Shown: positions 34,082-47,207 of the stretch, in pieces
Numbering within the stretch: the stretch's first letter is position 1
Layout of the letters: the number at the start of each line of letters is the position of its first letter
Assembly: GCF_964188315.1 (NCBI RefSeq)
Contig: NC_135664.1
Span: 28,644,001-28,708,000 of the forward strand
Direction: 5' to 3'
DNA from: Podarcis muralis
Taxonomy: Eukaryota
Length of the DNA: 64,000 bases
The notes under the pieces: model-generated
Seen by the model: only the letters and a program-made list of their open reading frames with translations
The model's database searches: none
Told to the model about the DNA's origin: nothing
Made by a program: the position numbers and the translations under genes

Positions 34082-35235
34082 TACTGCCCACAGTCAGTAC
34101 AGCGCGCGCACACACACCTCCAATGTTTGCTCATTTTGTTCATTTCACCATTAGGAATTATGGAGCAAGTTGCTAGCATGGTTATGATGCAACAGAGAAA
34201 GCAGTGGACGCAACCTCTGAACATTTGGAGGAGGGGAAGTCTTTACTCAAATACAAACAAAGGGATGGGGAGGCATAAAGAGGTGAATGACAAACAGGGA
34301 GTCTCTGATCCATGCAAGTGAAAGGACAGAATGGACAAATGGGTCAGTTTCCAAAGGCACAACCCATGTTTACTTTTCTATGACAGGATGAGATAAGGGA
34401 CAGGTCAACAAAAAAGCTATATCCATGCTGCGGAACCAGTTTTCCTTAAAGCCGGTTGAGGCCATTTAACTAGTATGCAGACATGTCCTTAGATTAAATA
34501 CTACTGGGAATGCAAATCATTTTGACTTGGCATCACAGAGCATTGCTCCTATGTCAGTTGTGATTGTGAAAAGTTGGTCAGAAGACCTGCTCAAAAGTAC
34601 TTTTACTGTTCTTTGTGATGTGTGTATGTAGACCTCGGGCTTATGGCTATTGTGTGAATGAGAAGCATCTCATGGAATATGTTGTCATAATTAATCATCA
34701 AACTTTATTGTGGTCGCAGACCAGCATAAGATAAAAACATGCAAAAAAAAAAAAAATAAAAGCTCAAAAGACTTAAAGAAGAAAGGGATAAAAGCTAATA
34801 TGTAAAAGTGATTAAAACTCACATATACTTAAAACAGAAAGAAACAAAAGACAGACAAAAGTGAGTATAAGGGAGGGAATCTAGCGACTGAGTATTTGAC
34901 ATCTGGGTTTTGTTGTCACGATTAATGCCCATATAACCCCATTATTTAACTTATGTACAATAGCATCTAAGTGAGAAATAGAAGTACATTTCCTGCAAAG
35001 GAGCTGAGATTGTCACTTCCCAATGTTCTGACAGTGAAACTTTCCCTTTTTTGTTTCTGAAGAGAGGAGCTTTTGAAATTATGACTATTCTTATGGCAGC
35101 AACACTATAGAGGTCTTCCAATAGTAAAGGGAAACATTAGAAGGACAGCATGTTGGTCTGGAAGGAATGTAAACAAATGTCTTTTATTTAGAATTTCGAA
35201 CCTCATCTGAGAAGCCACATTTACACATCACTTAA

Positions 35236-35258
<23 letters not shown>

Positions 35259-35284
<26 letters not shown>
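35259..35284. repeat. (GA)n microsatellite (array starts near 35239)
   Basis: Direct. Confidence 0.9.
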
Positions 35285-35287
<3 letters not shown>

Positions 35288-35644
35288 GTAGGGCTTGTTT
35301 TCTTAGAACATCCAATTTGTTCGCATAACTGATTGAATGTTCAGTAAAAAGAAACAAAGTCTGAAAGTTAATACCCTAGGCGCCAAGTGCATGTCTGTGG
35401 AAGAGGAATGTAGCCAGACATTTCTGATATGCAATGCATTAATCCCTCATAGGTTTATTCTCTTTTATAAAGAACTAGATCATTATGATCTGACAGGAAT
35501 CAACGGACTTTTACATGCATGCATTAGCTGTCCACGCTTCTGCCCTTTGTACAGAAAACATTTGCCGCCACGCGCTAGTTGACAACAGCTTGAAAACAAT
35601 TCCTGAATCATTTTGCGAGCAGATCCTATTGGAGAGGGGCTAGA

Positions 35645-35723
35645 GGTGCTTCAGGTTAAGAACAGTTTCAGGTTAAGAACAGACCTCCGGAACAAATTAA
35701 GTACTTAACCCGAGGTACCACTG
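35645..35723. mobile_element. Truncated copy of the same Tigger-like MITE
   Basis: Matches the right end of 33835-34081, followed by TA. Confidence 0.8.
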
Positions 35724-36877
35724 TAGTCAGAACTTTGCAGGATCAGAAAAGTGAAGAGACATGCATGCCTTGCACACTTCTCCACTTTTAAAGTCTAGGG
35801 TGTACATTGATTTTGCTGAGGGGCTATTTGTTTTTAAGGGTTCATACACAGGTTGTAGGGCAATATAATGGCAGTCATCACTAAAGCAGGAACAATGCCC
35901 GACAGAATGGTCCTTTCTCCAACTGAGCTCATTCGTCAGACTGAATAATGCGAGCAAAGAAATTTGCACAGTAACTCAGCTTGGCTGTATTTTTCTTCTA
36001 CTTGTGTGAGAGAACATCTAGGCTGATTACACTGTTGGTGTTTTGCGTTATATAGGAGGAAGTGTGCCTGTAGGTGTGCTGGGGCCATTGTAACAGTGCT
36101 GGAAAACTCATTTATGACAGTCCACACAGGCTACGCTTTTGGAAATGGACCTGTCTGTCTATTATGTCCTTTAAATTGGAAGCAGCTGGAATAGACCCGA
36201 CAGAGGCTGGAGAAAACTGTGAGCAGAGATGTGGTCTTTTCCCATCCTTGCCCCACCCCCCGGAAACTCACCAAACTTGCACTTGGACAGTGATGGACTT
36301 TGGGCTCTGAAATTTTAGTGGTGCCTTGTGCAACACTAAAATTCTGCGCCCTCACCTCTCATGCTCCATCCCTACAGTGTGGCCAAACTGGTCATGCTCC
36401 CCTAAAACCACCTCTGACTATTCTCTGACTATGGCTATTCTCTTATTATAATCACCCACTTGAAGCACTTGTTAGCCATGGAAGGAAAAACACATGTGGC
36501 TAATAGCAACAACCTAAAACAGACCAGCTCATAGTTCGCATTGTCAGTCCCAGACTTTAGCACAGAGGTGTCTGGATTTATTGTTTTACCACTTTTTGAA
36601 AGAATGCATTCCTAGGAAATCCAAATATTGTACGGACTTAGTTTTATTGGTTTTGCTTTCAGCACAGTTTCAGGCGTTGCTTGGTTAGGCTGAGGAGCTC
36701 ATGTCTGATGCAACACTTCAGCGGCATTTCAGCAGAGCAGTAAGCATTTTTAGGCCAGTTGGTTTCATTCAACTTACATATTCTTTCACCTGTGGGTTTT
36801 GGACTATATTAGTTGAGTATTGCAACAAGAACTTCAGGAACTCATATACCTGTTTGATAGCCATGGCTCCTCCCCAT

Positions 36878-36966
36878 ATATATCTATATATCATCTATCT
36901 CTATCTCTATCTCTATATCTCTCTATCTCTATCTCTATATATCTATATCTATATCTATATCTATAT
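36878..36966. repeat. (TCTATA/TCTC)n compound microsatellite
   Basis: Direct. Confidence 0.9.
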
Positions 36967-39749
36967 CCTCTAACTAGTTTACTAAGGGTGCTGGGAATTG
37001 TAGCTCAATGAGAGATCCTCTAACAACTCTCAGCATCCTTAACAAACTACATTTTTCAGAATTCTTTGGGGGGAAGCCATGGCTATTAAAGCAGCATGGT
37101 ACTGCTTAGTAGCTGTCTTTTATCAGCAAGACCCATCTTGACTTGATTAGATATCTAAGAACCACTAAAATGTAATAAGGGAATTCAACTCTTTAACAAA
37201 ATTGCTGCAGCTATAAACTTATTGCCTCCCAGGATGAACATTATTTTTCTCTGGGGAGTGACAGAACCTCACTCCTCAAGAGAGCCACCAATCAACTGTG
37301 GGATGTTGCAGGGTTTTTCCTTTGATAAATGCACATCATGAAACAGTGAGGCCCAGGATGTTGGCTCTCAGGGTTCAGAGAAGTGTTTGAACTTTTTATT
37401 TACCCACCTGGACATCTAACAGTGAAAGGTTGAGCCTTTGATGGTATTTTTTTAAAAAACAAAAATGCACAAAAATGAATCCTGCTTCATGGCAATGCAT
37501 TGGTTTAACTGGCATTTTGAACTCTTCCCATCTCCCTTGTGTCTAAAATTGTAGAAAACCATTCTGATAGGGGTTTTTTCCCATTTTACCTGTGATGATA
37601 AAAATCTGATGATAAAATCGCCTCTCTCCGATTCATGGTCCTGGAATTCCACAAGATGGATTGCACAGCCTTCATTTCTTCTGAATCACAGGCACATGTC
37701 GATTCATGAAATGGCAGGACTTTGGGAGCAGACAGGTTTAGAAATAAGTCATGTCTGGACAGAGATACCTCTGAAATATTCTCCTCAATTTCTTTTTTGA
37801 CTTCGGTGAGAAATCTCACAGCCACAACATTCTTCACTTGCAGCAAAGTTGTGCAACTCCCATGGGATCTGTCCTTCATGCCCTGACAAGGACCAACTGG
37901 AGTATTCTTTAGAGAAGACCTCCCAGGAATTGGTTTCCCCTGGGACAGTTATGTCCTGGGGAAAACCATATAATTAATTGGGTGATTTGGATTGGCAGTG
38001 GAAAACGGTCCATTTGGGTGAATGGAAGATAGGTATTTTCTTGGTCAGATCTTCCAGTTAAACTAACAGTAAAAGGGAATAGCTTTATTTATTTTGAAGT
38101 GATGTAAATTGGACTCCCAGTAAGTCCCTTCAGTTGCCTGCTTCCCAGAAATGCACAACATTTCCTGTGCCTCCCCCCACCCCGCCACTCCTTATATCAG
38201 GTGACTAATTCTGGAACATTACTAAATGAACTACACCAGGTACCAGGTATATATTTCTGTTTACTATTTGCAATAAAAGTCTCAGAGGATTCTCTCTCTT
38301 TGAAAACAAAAATGAAAAACCCACCATACTGGAAGTACATGTGAATCAGCCCACAGAAATAGATTGCTGTTGTGCATTGATGGACTCTGAGACCTGGGTT
38401 GATTTGAATTTATGATTGGGGCTACCAGTGTAAACATGAGCAAATAGTTCAATATTAAGGGCACAAACACTTTAGCGATTATATTTAGTAGCCCCTGTTT
38501 TCAGAGAGGGGCCATAGATATGTTAGAGTTCATCTTTTGTCTGGAGAAGATACAGCACCTGCCATATCCTGTTAAACACAACTCTGAGAGCAGGTATGGC
38601 TGAATCTGTCGATTCTGATTTCTCTCACTCTCTCATTTTTCTATTCCTAAATTCAGTTGTTCACATTTCCATATCAGTTCATTAATCCCCCTTTCATTAG
38701 CATTTCAGTGAAAATTTCTCCAAAATTATACATGTTTATATGCAATTTTGCTTAATATATAGGGGTTGGGGTTTTTTTTGCAAAGTAATTTCATCTAATA
38801 TAATGCATTTTTGTTTTCAGTATTATATGCATTTTTAAGCACACTTTACTCCAGTATATGAGTTTTGGAACACATTACTTGGCTGGAGAAGTGCACTTCA
38901 AAATTCGGAGAAGTGCAAATTTTGAAGGTGGCTGTGTTTCAGTTTTCAGGTTGTGTTGGAAAGTGTGATTCAGGCCGATTTGCCTTTGGATGCAAATCCC
39001 TCTCCTGATCTGACATCCTGGAGAGTTGCAGCTTGGCAGAGGAGACAGTACAAAGCAAGATGAACAAAAAAAAGTCTGACGTGGTAGGCGGCAGCTTCTT
39101 AAGTTCTTGGCATATCAACAAGTTTACACAACCACTTTTTAGCACCTGCGTGTGGGACGTATGTAAGGTTTAAGCAGTTTACCAAGCACTTTCTTGCACT
39201 CCAAAACATTGCACCATGCTGCAGTCAAGTGACTAAATTATGACAACAATCCGCACAATCAGAGATCAGCATCTGAAGGGTGGAGGCTCATTATGAATGA
39301 GCAGATTCTCCACTACTCGCAGGGAAACAATTCTCTGCTATTGTGCCTTTTGTGCCATTGTGCTCTTAACACTTAGCTCTTTGTTAATTGTTGCACACGA
39401 AAGGAAGCCTTGGAGTAGGTTTGAATAGTTGCATAAGAGAAGCGAAAGTTGTTTAATAGGCTAGTAAGAGGGTGCAGAGACCTTTCATCCGGATTGTATT
39501 TTGCAAGAGTCTGGGTGATGAAACCGCATAGACGCAAGTGAACCTGGAAAATGAGAACTCTGTTAATGATTTATGAATGAAGCATACGTTGTACTACCTT
39601 GGGAGTATTTGCAAAACGGTTACAGTCCACGAAGCTAGAAAGGAATGTTTGTTTTATTTACTCATTGAAAACCAGTGTTTAATTTCTAAGACGAGAGATG
39701 TTGGGGCTCAAGCACAACTAGAAATAAATGGTGTCTACCCACTTAACAC

Positions 39750-40112
39750 GGGACGCGGGTGGCCCTGTGGGTAAAAGCCTCAGCGCCTAGGGCTTGCCGA
39801 TCGAAAGGTCGGCGGTTCGAATCCCCGCGGCGGGGTGCGCTCCCGTTGCTCGGTCCCAGCGCCTGCCAACCTAGCAGTTCGAAATCACCTCCGAGTGCAA
39901 GTAGATAAATAGGGACCGCTTACTAGCGGGAAGGTAAACGGCGTTTCCGTGTGCGGCTCTGGCTCGCCAGAGCAGCGATGTCACGCTGGCCACGTGACCC
40001 GGAAGTGTCTCTGGACAGCGCTGGCCCCCGGCCTCTTGAGTGAGATGGGCGCACAACCCTAGAGTCTGTCAAGACTGGCCCGTACGGGCAGGGGTACCTT
40101 TACCTTTACCTT
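39750..40112 (+). mobile_element. Full-length young Sauria-type SINE (distinct subfamily)
   Basis: GTTCGAATCC B-box, (ACCTTT)3 tail, 12-bp TSD TACCCACTTAAC. Confidence 0.92.
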
Positions 40113-40559
40113 TACCCACTTAACTGCAAATTACAGGGGCTGGTTGCAGCTGCTTGATGGCAAGACACTTTGCATATGCTCAAAATCACACCTATTGCAT
40201 AGATACCAGGACTCAGTCTCAGTCAATTCTCAGACTTAGAATTGTTAACTCATAAATCTTTGGATTCAGCTTAAGACTTGATTCAAGACAGTTGTTTTCA
40301 GTTAGATATTATCTTGATTTTTAGTTTAGGATTCATTCAGCATAACTAAGGTTTCCTATTAGGCTCTGTCTGCACAGGACTCTCTCTTTGTAAAAAATGC
40401 CAATGCACTTCTTGAGGAATGTAAAACCATGAAGTTCACTAGATCATGGGATAGTCATTGTTTGTTGTTGTTGTTGTGAGGATACAATCAGGAGGTGGAG
40501 GAACTATGTATGCCACCTTGAGTTCCTTGAAGGAAAGGCAGGGTATAAATGCAATAGTA

Positions 40560-40597
<38 letters not shown>

Positions 40598-40638
40598 CTC
40601 CTTTGATATATCCCTAATTTCCCCCCTATATTTAAATA

Positions 40639-40730
40639 GTTGTTGTTGTTGTTGTTTAGTCCTTTAGTCGTGTCCGACTCTTCATGACCCCATGGACCAG
40701 GACCAGAGCTCGCCAGGCACTCCTGTCTTC
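40639..40730 (-). mobile_element. Bov-B extreme 3' fragment
   Basis: (TTG)n then tttagtc...gtccgactcttcatgaccccatggaccag. Confidence 0.8.
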
Positions 40731-40974
40731 AGGAGTGATTTAAATGATTACTTAGGTTTTTTTCTTTGGAAATGATCTGCTAAAGGAAGAAATTCTTGGC
40801 AGCCTTACTCTGGAGTAAGTTCCACTGAGTTAAATAGGGCTTACGTCTGAGTAAATGTGCTTTGAAGTTGCAGGCAGCTTTAGTATTTTTCGTGACAAGA
40901 ATGATTAGGAAATGGAAAGCATGTAAATACAGGACTTTTTATAAGCATGGTTTAAAAAGCACAGATCAATCTTG

Positions 40975-41560
40975 CAACAACAACAACATTATTTGTACCT
41001 CGCCCATCTGACTGGGTTGCCCCAGCCACTCTGGTCGGCTTCCAACAAATATAAAATCATAAGCAAACATTAAAAACTTCCCCATACAGTGCTGCCTTCA
41101 GATGTCTTCTAAAAGTTGTCTTCTAAAAGTTGTCTAGTTACAGGAGGGCATTCCACAGGGGGTGTACCACTGCTGAGAAGGCCCTGTAACCACACTTATC
41201 ACAATGAGGGAACTGCCAGAAGGCCCTCGGAGCTAGACCTCAGTGCCTGGGCTGAACGATGGGGCTGGAGACACTCCTTCAGGTATACCAGGCCGCAGGA
41301 GTGCCAGCTTGGCTCTGTGACTATGGGTGCCCAGCGCCGTGGGTGACATGCAGTGTGCATGGGCTTGGTGCTGAAAAATATTGGTGCCTGGCCTCTTCTT
41401 GGGGAATTTGTGGGTGCTCAGGCACATGGGCCCCCAGGGAGCTGACACCTATGCCAAGCCATGGCTGTTTAGGGAGGTCAGCACCAACAATTTGAACTGT
41501 GCTCGGAAATGTAGTGGGAGCCAATGCAGATCCTTTAGGACCACTCCCAGTCACCAGTCT
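40975..41560 (-). mobile_element. L2-like LINE 3' fragment (degenerate, interrupted)
   Basis: Reverse complement of the family at 25135; right boundary approximate. Confidence 0.6.
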
Positions 41561-42563
41561 AGCTGCCGCACTGTGGATTAGTTATCACAATTATTTTATC
41601 CTTGACTCTCATCAGTATTGAATTTGTCCGTATAATACCCTAAAGACAAAGCTTGTGATGACCTTGGCTCTGAAGACTTTGATGCTTGCTTCTCCTATGT
41701 AAGTGGAACTTGCTGACCTTGGCCTTGACCCAAAAAGCCTCTCCATGCCTTGTTTCCTCCTCAAACTCCTTTGTTCACTCCCTAATTCTGCACAAGCTTA
41801 TCCATTGTTGCCTTTGTTTGCTTCCTTTCCCCACTCTTGCATCTGTGCTTTCTGCCATGCAGCACACTCCTGTGTCCCATCCAAGGGGCCCTGCTGGGCT
41901 GACACAGCCTACCACCAATGCAAGCGCAGCCAGCCTAAGTCCCAGCAAACTCCGGGGATACCTGGGAACCATGAGATCACATGACCCAGTGGCCCTCCGG
42001 CAGCCACGGCTGTGCAGCTGATTGGAGCTGGGAGGTAGAACACAGAAGCTGTCTGATGCCAAGTCAGACCAATACATAGCATTACATGGTGGGTCAGACC
42101 CATCTAGTCCGTGGTCCTGTTCTCCAAGCGAAATACATAAACCCATACAATGATGGGGAATGGCCTCGTGCCATTTAAAAGATTGTGCAGGGGAGGGATG
42201 CCAGCAAACTCTCCCACCTCCTGACTGCGATATTTTCCATGGCTCCCCACTTTTCATTTTGAAATTCTAACTTGCCACATATCAAAAGGTAATTCTGCAA
42301 AGCCACCATGAATAAATCCAAAAACACATTATAAACAAAAATGTTTTTAAAAAATGCCCCATAATTTAATTGCAGCCTTTGAAATTGAACTTGGCAACTT
42401 ACAGTGCTAATGGGGAAAAAACAACAACAGGCTGGCTTAGGCTGCGGTGTGTGTCCAGGGAAATAAGAAAGCTTTGCTCAATTAATTGAATAACCTACGT
42501 AACATTGTTCTGCATTGCATTGCTTGGGTTGATTGTTTTAATAATTGGTTGTTTTGGAGTGCT

Positions 42564-42822
42564 NNNNNNNNNNNNNNNNNNNNNNNNNNNNNNNNNNNNN
42601 NNNNNNNNNNNNNNNNNNNNNNNNNNNNNNNNNNNNNNNNNNNNNNNNNNNNNNNNNNNNNNNNNNNNNNNNNNNNNNNNNNNNNNNNNNNNNNNNNNNN
42701 NNNNNNNNNNNNNNNNNNNNNNNNNNNNNNNNNNNNNNNNNNNNNNNNNNNNNNNNNNNNNNNNNNNNNNNNNNNNNNNNNNNNNNNNNNNNNNNNNNNN
42801 NNNNNNNNNNNNNNNNNNNNNN
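42564..42822. other. Assembly gap (259 N)
   Basis: Run of N. Confidence 1.
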
Positions 42823-42922
42823 GGGAGTTCCCTCTTTCTAAATCTCAGAGGCTTAGAAAAAAAAATCAGTGCCAGGATGGTAGACCACCTGGGAAGGTGT
42901 ATAGCGTAGGAAAGGACAAGTC

Positions 42923-43058
42923 ATGGCCCTTGTGGTCTATTCCAACTCTATGATTCTATGATTCTATCTATCTTCAGGTGTTTCCTGCTTGGCAGGGGGT
43001 TGGACTCGATGGCCCTTGTGGTCTATTCCAACTCTATGATTCTATGATTCTATGATTC
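42923..43058 (+). mobile_element. CR1 3' end(s) with (ATTCTATG)n tail, locally duplicated
   Basis: Identical 45-mer at 42923-42967 and 43009-43053. Confidence 0.75.
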
Positions 43059-43143
43059 ATATATTGGATGTTGGCTGGGAAAGACACAGATTTAGTTGAA
43101 TTTCTTTTTTCCTGTTATGCTCTATGACTTATGTTGGTGATAA

Positions 43144-43183
<40 letters not shown>
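43144..43183. repeat. (AC)n microsatellite
   Basis: Direct. Confidence 0.95.
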
Positions 43184-43185
<2 letters not shown>

Positions 43186-43342
43186 ATATTAGATAGACAC
43201 CAGTAAGTGAGGGGCAAATGGGTTTCATCAATGTGGGAAGATAGCTCATTTATTGTAATTTTACTGGTGTTAGCCACCCTGAGCCCGGCTCTGGCCAGGG
43301 AGGGCGGGGTATAAATAAAATTTATTATTAGTATTATTATTA

Positions 43343-43895
43343 TCTATGAGAAGGAAAACTCTGGTCCTAAACCTCCACTGCATTGTCGGATATCTTCAGG
43401 AGAAGAGAAGACAAGGCTAAAGAGTAAACTCTATATAAATCCAGAATGGAGTTCCTAACTGGGGTGGATTTAGCGGAACATGACCCTTTCCATCACACTG
43501 AGCACACAGCAAGGGAAGCCACAGCTATGATGTTGAATGGGAGGGAAGAAGTGGGTGGGGGCTGTCACCAAATTTTGGTGTCACATAGGGCACCACTGAA
43601 ATTTGAGACACCAAGGTCTGTCACTGTCTCTAAGATGGTGGAATGGCACCTTATATGCCTCCTTTTGGCTACTCCTGCAGCGAAGCTGGTATCAAACATA
43701 TTGCTCTGCTTTCCTTTGGACCACACCAATGAAGCCAAGAGGCAGATCTTGTCGTCTGGGCAACCCAGGACCTGCATACACTCTGCCCAGGCTTGCGCCC
43801 CATGGAGGCCACTTTGGAGATGACAATGCAGTGGTTTGACTTCACCCCCAGAGGTGCACTTCATGGTCTCTTGAGACAGACAGATGCCAATAACA
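43343..43895 (+). mobile_element. Probable RTE-related non-autonomous retroelement (5'-truncated, with an internal insertion)
   Basis: gagaaggaaaactctg...aaacc resembles RTE 5'UTRs; its 3' end (gacttcacc...gagacagacagatgccaa) recurs at 59765-59868. Confidence 0.45.
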
Positions 43896-44102
43896 GACAG
43901 ACATGACCTCCGTTGTCTTGTTGCTGCCTATTGAAGAGTTTCGCCTTTCAACAAGCCTTTTGAGCTCTGATCTTTTCAGAGAAAAACCATATTTAATTTT
44001 GCTTGTGTAGAAAGTGGACAGTATTTGGCCCTTCTCCTACAAACATTTGTACATGCTTCAACCTAGACTTGTATGTGGTAGGTAAGGAGATCAAAGTGTT
44101 AT

Positions 44103-44399
44103 GTTGTTGTTTAGTCGTTTAGTCATGTCCGACTCTTCGTGACCCCATGGACCAGAGCACGCCATGAACTCCTGTCTTCCACTGCCTCCCGCAGTTTGGT
44201 CAAACTCATGCTGGTAGGTTCGAGAACACTATCCAACCCTCCATCTTTCCCAATATCAGGATCTTTTCCAGGGAGTCTTCTCTTCTCTTCTCATGGCCAA
44301 AGTATTGGAGCCTCAGCTTCATGATCTGTCCTTCTAGTGAGCACTCAGGGCTGATTTCCTTAAGAATGGATAGGTTTGATCTTCTTGCAGTCCATGGGT
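44103..44399 (-). mobile_element. Bov-B/RTE 3' fragment
   Basis: (TTG)n tail; 12-bp TSD TCAAAGTGTTAT (44091-44102, 44404-44415). Confidence 0.9.
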
Positions 44400-46718
44400 G
44401 CAGTCAAAGTGTTATACATTTGCTAAACAATGCTTTTATGGATCAAAAGCCACATGCCCTGGCAGAGCTTGCCCGCCTTGTATTTTCTTTCACGCTCAAG
44501 AAATGTATTGGAAAGTTTGCTTAAATCCTTCAAGAACAACACCCCTGAAGGACTGTGATGTTTGGCCCTTGACATGTTTCTGGAGTCCTGGAGGAAGCTA
44601 GCTTTGGCCTCCTCTCCCATTCTTTGCCTGCAGAGCATGTGCTATGACAACAGTTGCATGCCTCTGAGATATCCATAACTCTCAGGCCATGGAAATAGAT
44701 AGTTTAATTTTGATAGGCAATGAGAATGTTTGTTTGATCTCCTTTAATTTGCATCAGTCAGTCAGAGCCAAGTTACGCTCCATGGGAACAGGATTCATCA
44801 TGCATCTGGGAGAAGGATTTACTGGATTCATTTCTAACGAAACTGGATTTGCTCTATCCTTTGATATCTCACTGTTTGAGGTATAGGCACACATGTGAGT
44901 CCATGTGCATGCTTTCGGGTTTTGCTATGTAATCAGAGCAGAGATATTCTACCCTCCCCCTGCAAAAATCAAAATCAAAAATACATTGCTTGCTTTATTT
45001 TCTACTAAACATTATTTTGTATATTGTTTTGGATTATTTCAAGGGTTTGACTGGGTGGGAAGAAAGGCAACAAGAGAATTTCAGATAGTGTTAGACTACT
45101 GTGAAAATGGCATGCCTTTGCAGACATTCCTCTAAGACAGTTATGGGCAACGCGTGGCTCTTCTTATGCTGTTGGACTGCAACTCTTGTGATCCCTGACC
45201 ATTGTCCATACTGGCAGTGCAGGATGTGGGTTGCAATCCAACAACATCGGGGGAGGGGGTCTACAGTTTCCCCATCCAGGTCCTAATCTGCTGGGCCAGT
45301 TACCCAATGATTTGACATGACTACATCACGTCTCCAACAACAAATGATGTAGTCTGGAGAAATGCAAGTCGCGATGATGTCAGGAGATGGGGTAAGCAAT
45401 CCTACATATATTTTTTTAAAAAAAGTGGTTTTCCAGAGTTTCAATACATACATATTCTACATATTTGCCCCATCTATTCCCTTTGGGCTTCACAACCCAC
45501 TCCACCGTGGCCTCCTATTTTCCCTTTTTATGCTGCGTATCCTCAACAACAAATTACCACCTGTTATCATTCTGTTGATTATCCTGGTTTGTAACTACTC
45601 TGCTTATATGTCAATTCCTACTTGTAGATTCATTTGGTTATTATGCCTCCCTTAGCTGTGTTTCTGCCTGGTCTCTAATTTTGGTTGTCATGCTGGCCAA
45701 TTCTATGTACATAGAATCGATCCTACATTTTACGGTGTGTGTGTGTGTGTGATCACGATGGAATCTTTTAATATATGACATCTCACTTCAAACCAACTTA
45801 AATGAAGCCCCATATAGTGACTGAAAACACTCCCCTGGAAAATTGTCCTTCACATTGTCCATATGTCATTTGAGAGTTCCAGCTGAAGAGCCAAATGCTT
45901 GAATTCCAGCATACGGATTGAGCCTATCAGACCATAGTGATTATAATAGTATCTATTTTGAGTGATGACATAGCCGCAGCGATGCTCTGAATAGGGGCAG
46001 AGCAGGATAATGGGAATATTCCTTTCCCTCTCCTGAATGAGTTGACCTGTAAGCAACACTCTCCGCAGTCAATCTTGCAGGCAGCTCAGTGTTCATCTCC
46101 CCCTTGTTGAACCTTTTTGTAAGTTGGATGAGTCACGTGTTTTGCAGGGTTAAGCAGAGGCCTCTGGAATCTTATTGGCTCTTGAAGGGGAGGGGAGGAA
46201 ATTGGGTGGGCTCTGAGCAATGATCGTCATTAAGTGTTTGGACATGTTGACAGGGGATGTGGGAAATTGTGACAAGCTGAGCAGAGCTCAACCTGATAGG
46301 TAGAAGTAGTATTATCCAGGTGGGCAAATTGCCCACAGATGCCCCAGACAAGTGGAGGAGTCTTGTAGCTTTCGGGGGGGGGAGGGGTAGATCTGTGTGT
46401 ACAATCCCTGGAACATAAAATTGCATGTGGAGTGGACAAAACCAGAGTGATAATAACCACTAGTTTGGACAGTTTTAAAGAAGGACTATAGAAATTAATG
46501 GAGGGTGGATTTATGAATGACTATTGTATTGTAGAAGTTCAGTGTTCAGAGCTGGGCACATATCTCTGAGTAATAGAGGGGACAGACATCAGGAAAGCCA
46601 GTATGAGGCTGCCTTCATGCCCTGCTTATGAGTTTTCCACAGGCATTTATTTGGTTACTTTTGGAAACAATGCTGAATGTTTAATGCTGATGCCTATCAG
46701 CTTGAGTCACCAAGTCAG

Positions 46719-47207
46719 TGTCAGGGGTTGGACTGAGGAGGAATGGTGGGGGCTGCCCCCCCTTCACTTGAACCTTCCTGAGAACAGGAGGACAGTATAG
46801 ATTTAGAACAGGGGTTTGCAGAAGGTCATAGTTCAGAGGCTGCAGAGAGGAGAAGCTGGGAAATACTGGAAGAGGAACAGGAGGAAGAAGACTAGGGGAG
46901 AGGGAGCTGACAGACTCAGTGTCCTTGGAAAGCATTCCTGACCCCCCTGACCAGGTGGGCATTGAGGGTATTAGAACAGAGAGCTCAGAGACAGAAAGTT
47001 CAGATCAACTGACGCAGGAATGATATCGAATAAGGGGGACATAGAGGGGTGGGACTTTACTTGGAGCAACACCATTATTAGGGAAGGTTGCATTCCTTCA
47101 TTGTTCTCTGTGAATTATTGAATAAATTGCTTGGTAAGAACTCTATTATTGTTTCTCTGATTCTGGGCTGCCCCCATGGGAGGGTACGGATTCCCCGAGG
47201 CCTGACA
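46719..47207 (+). mobile_element. Solo LTR (489 bp)
   Basis: Termini TGTCAGG...CCTGACA, perfect 5-bp TSD GTCAG, AATAAA near 47120. Confidence 0.8.

Noticed and set aside
41654-41981. Possible third solo LTR (TGTGAT...ATCACA)
   Set aside because: No TSD and no polyA signal; a 6-bp inverted match can be chance.
42486-42953. ORFs spanning X runs
   Set aside because: Artefacts of the N gap.
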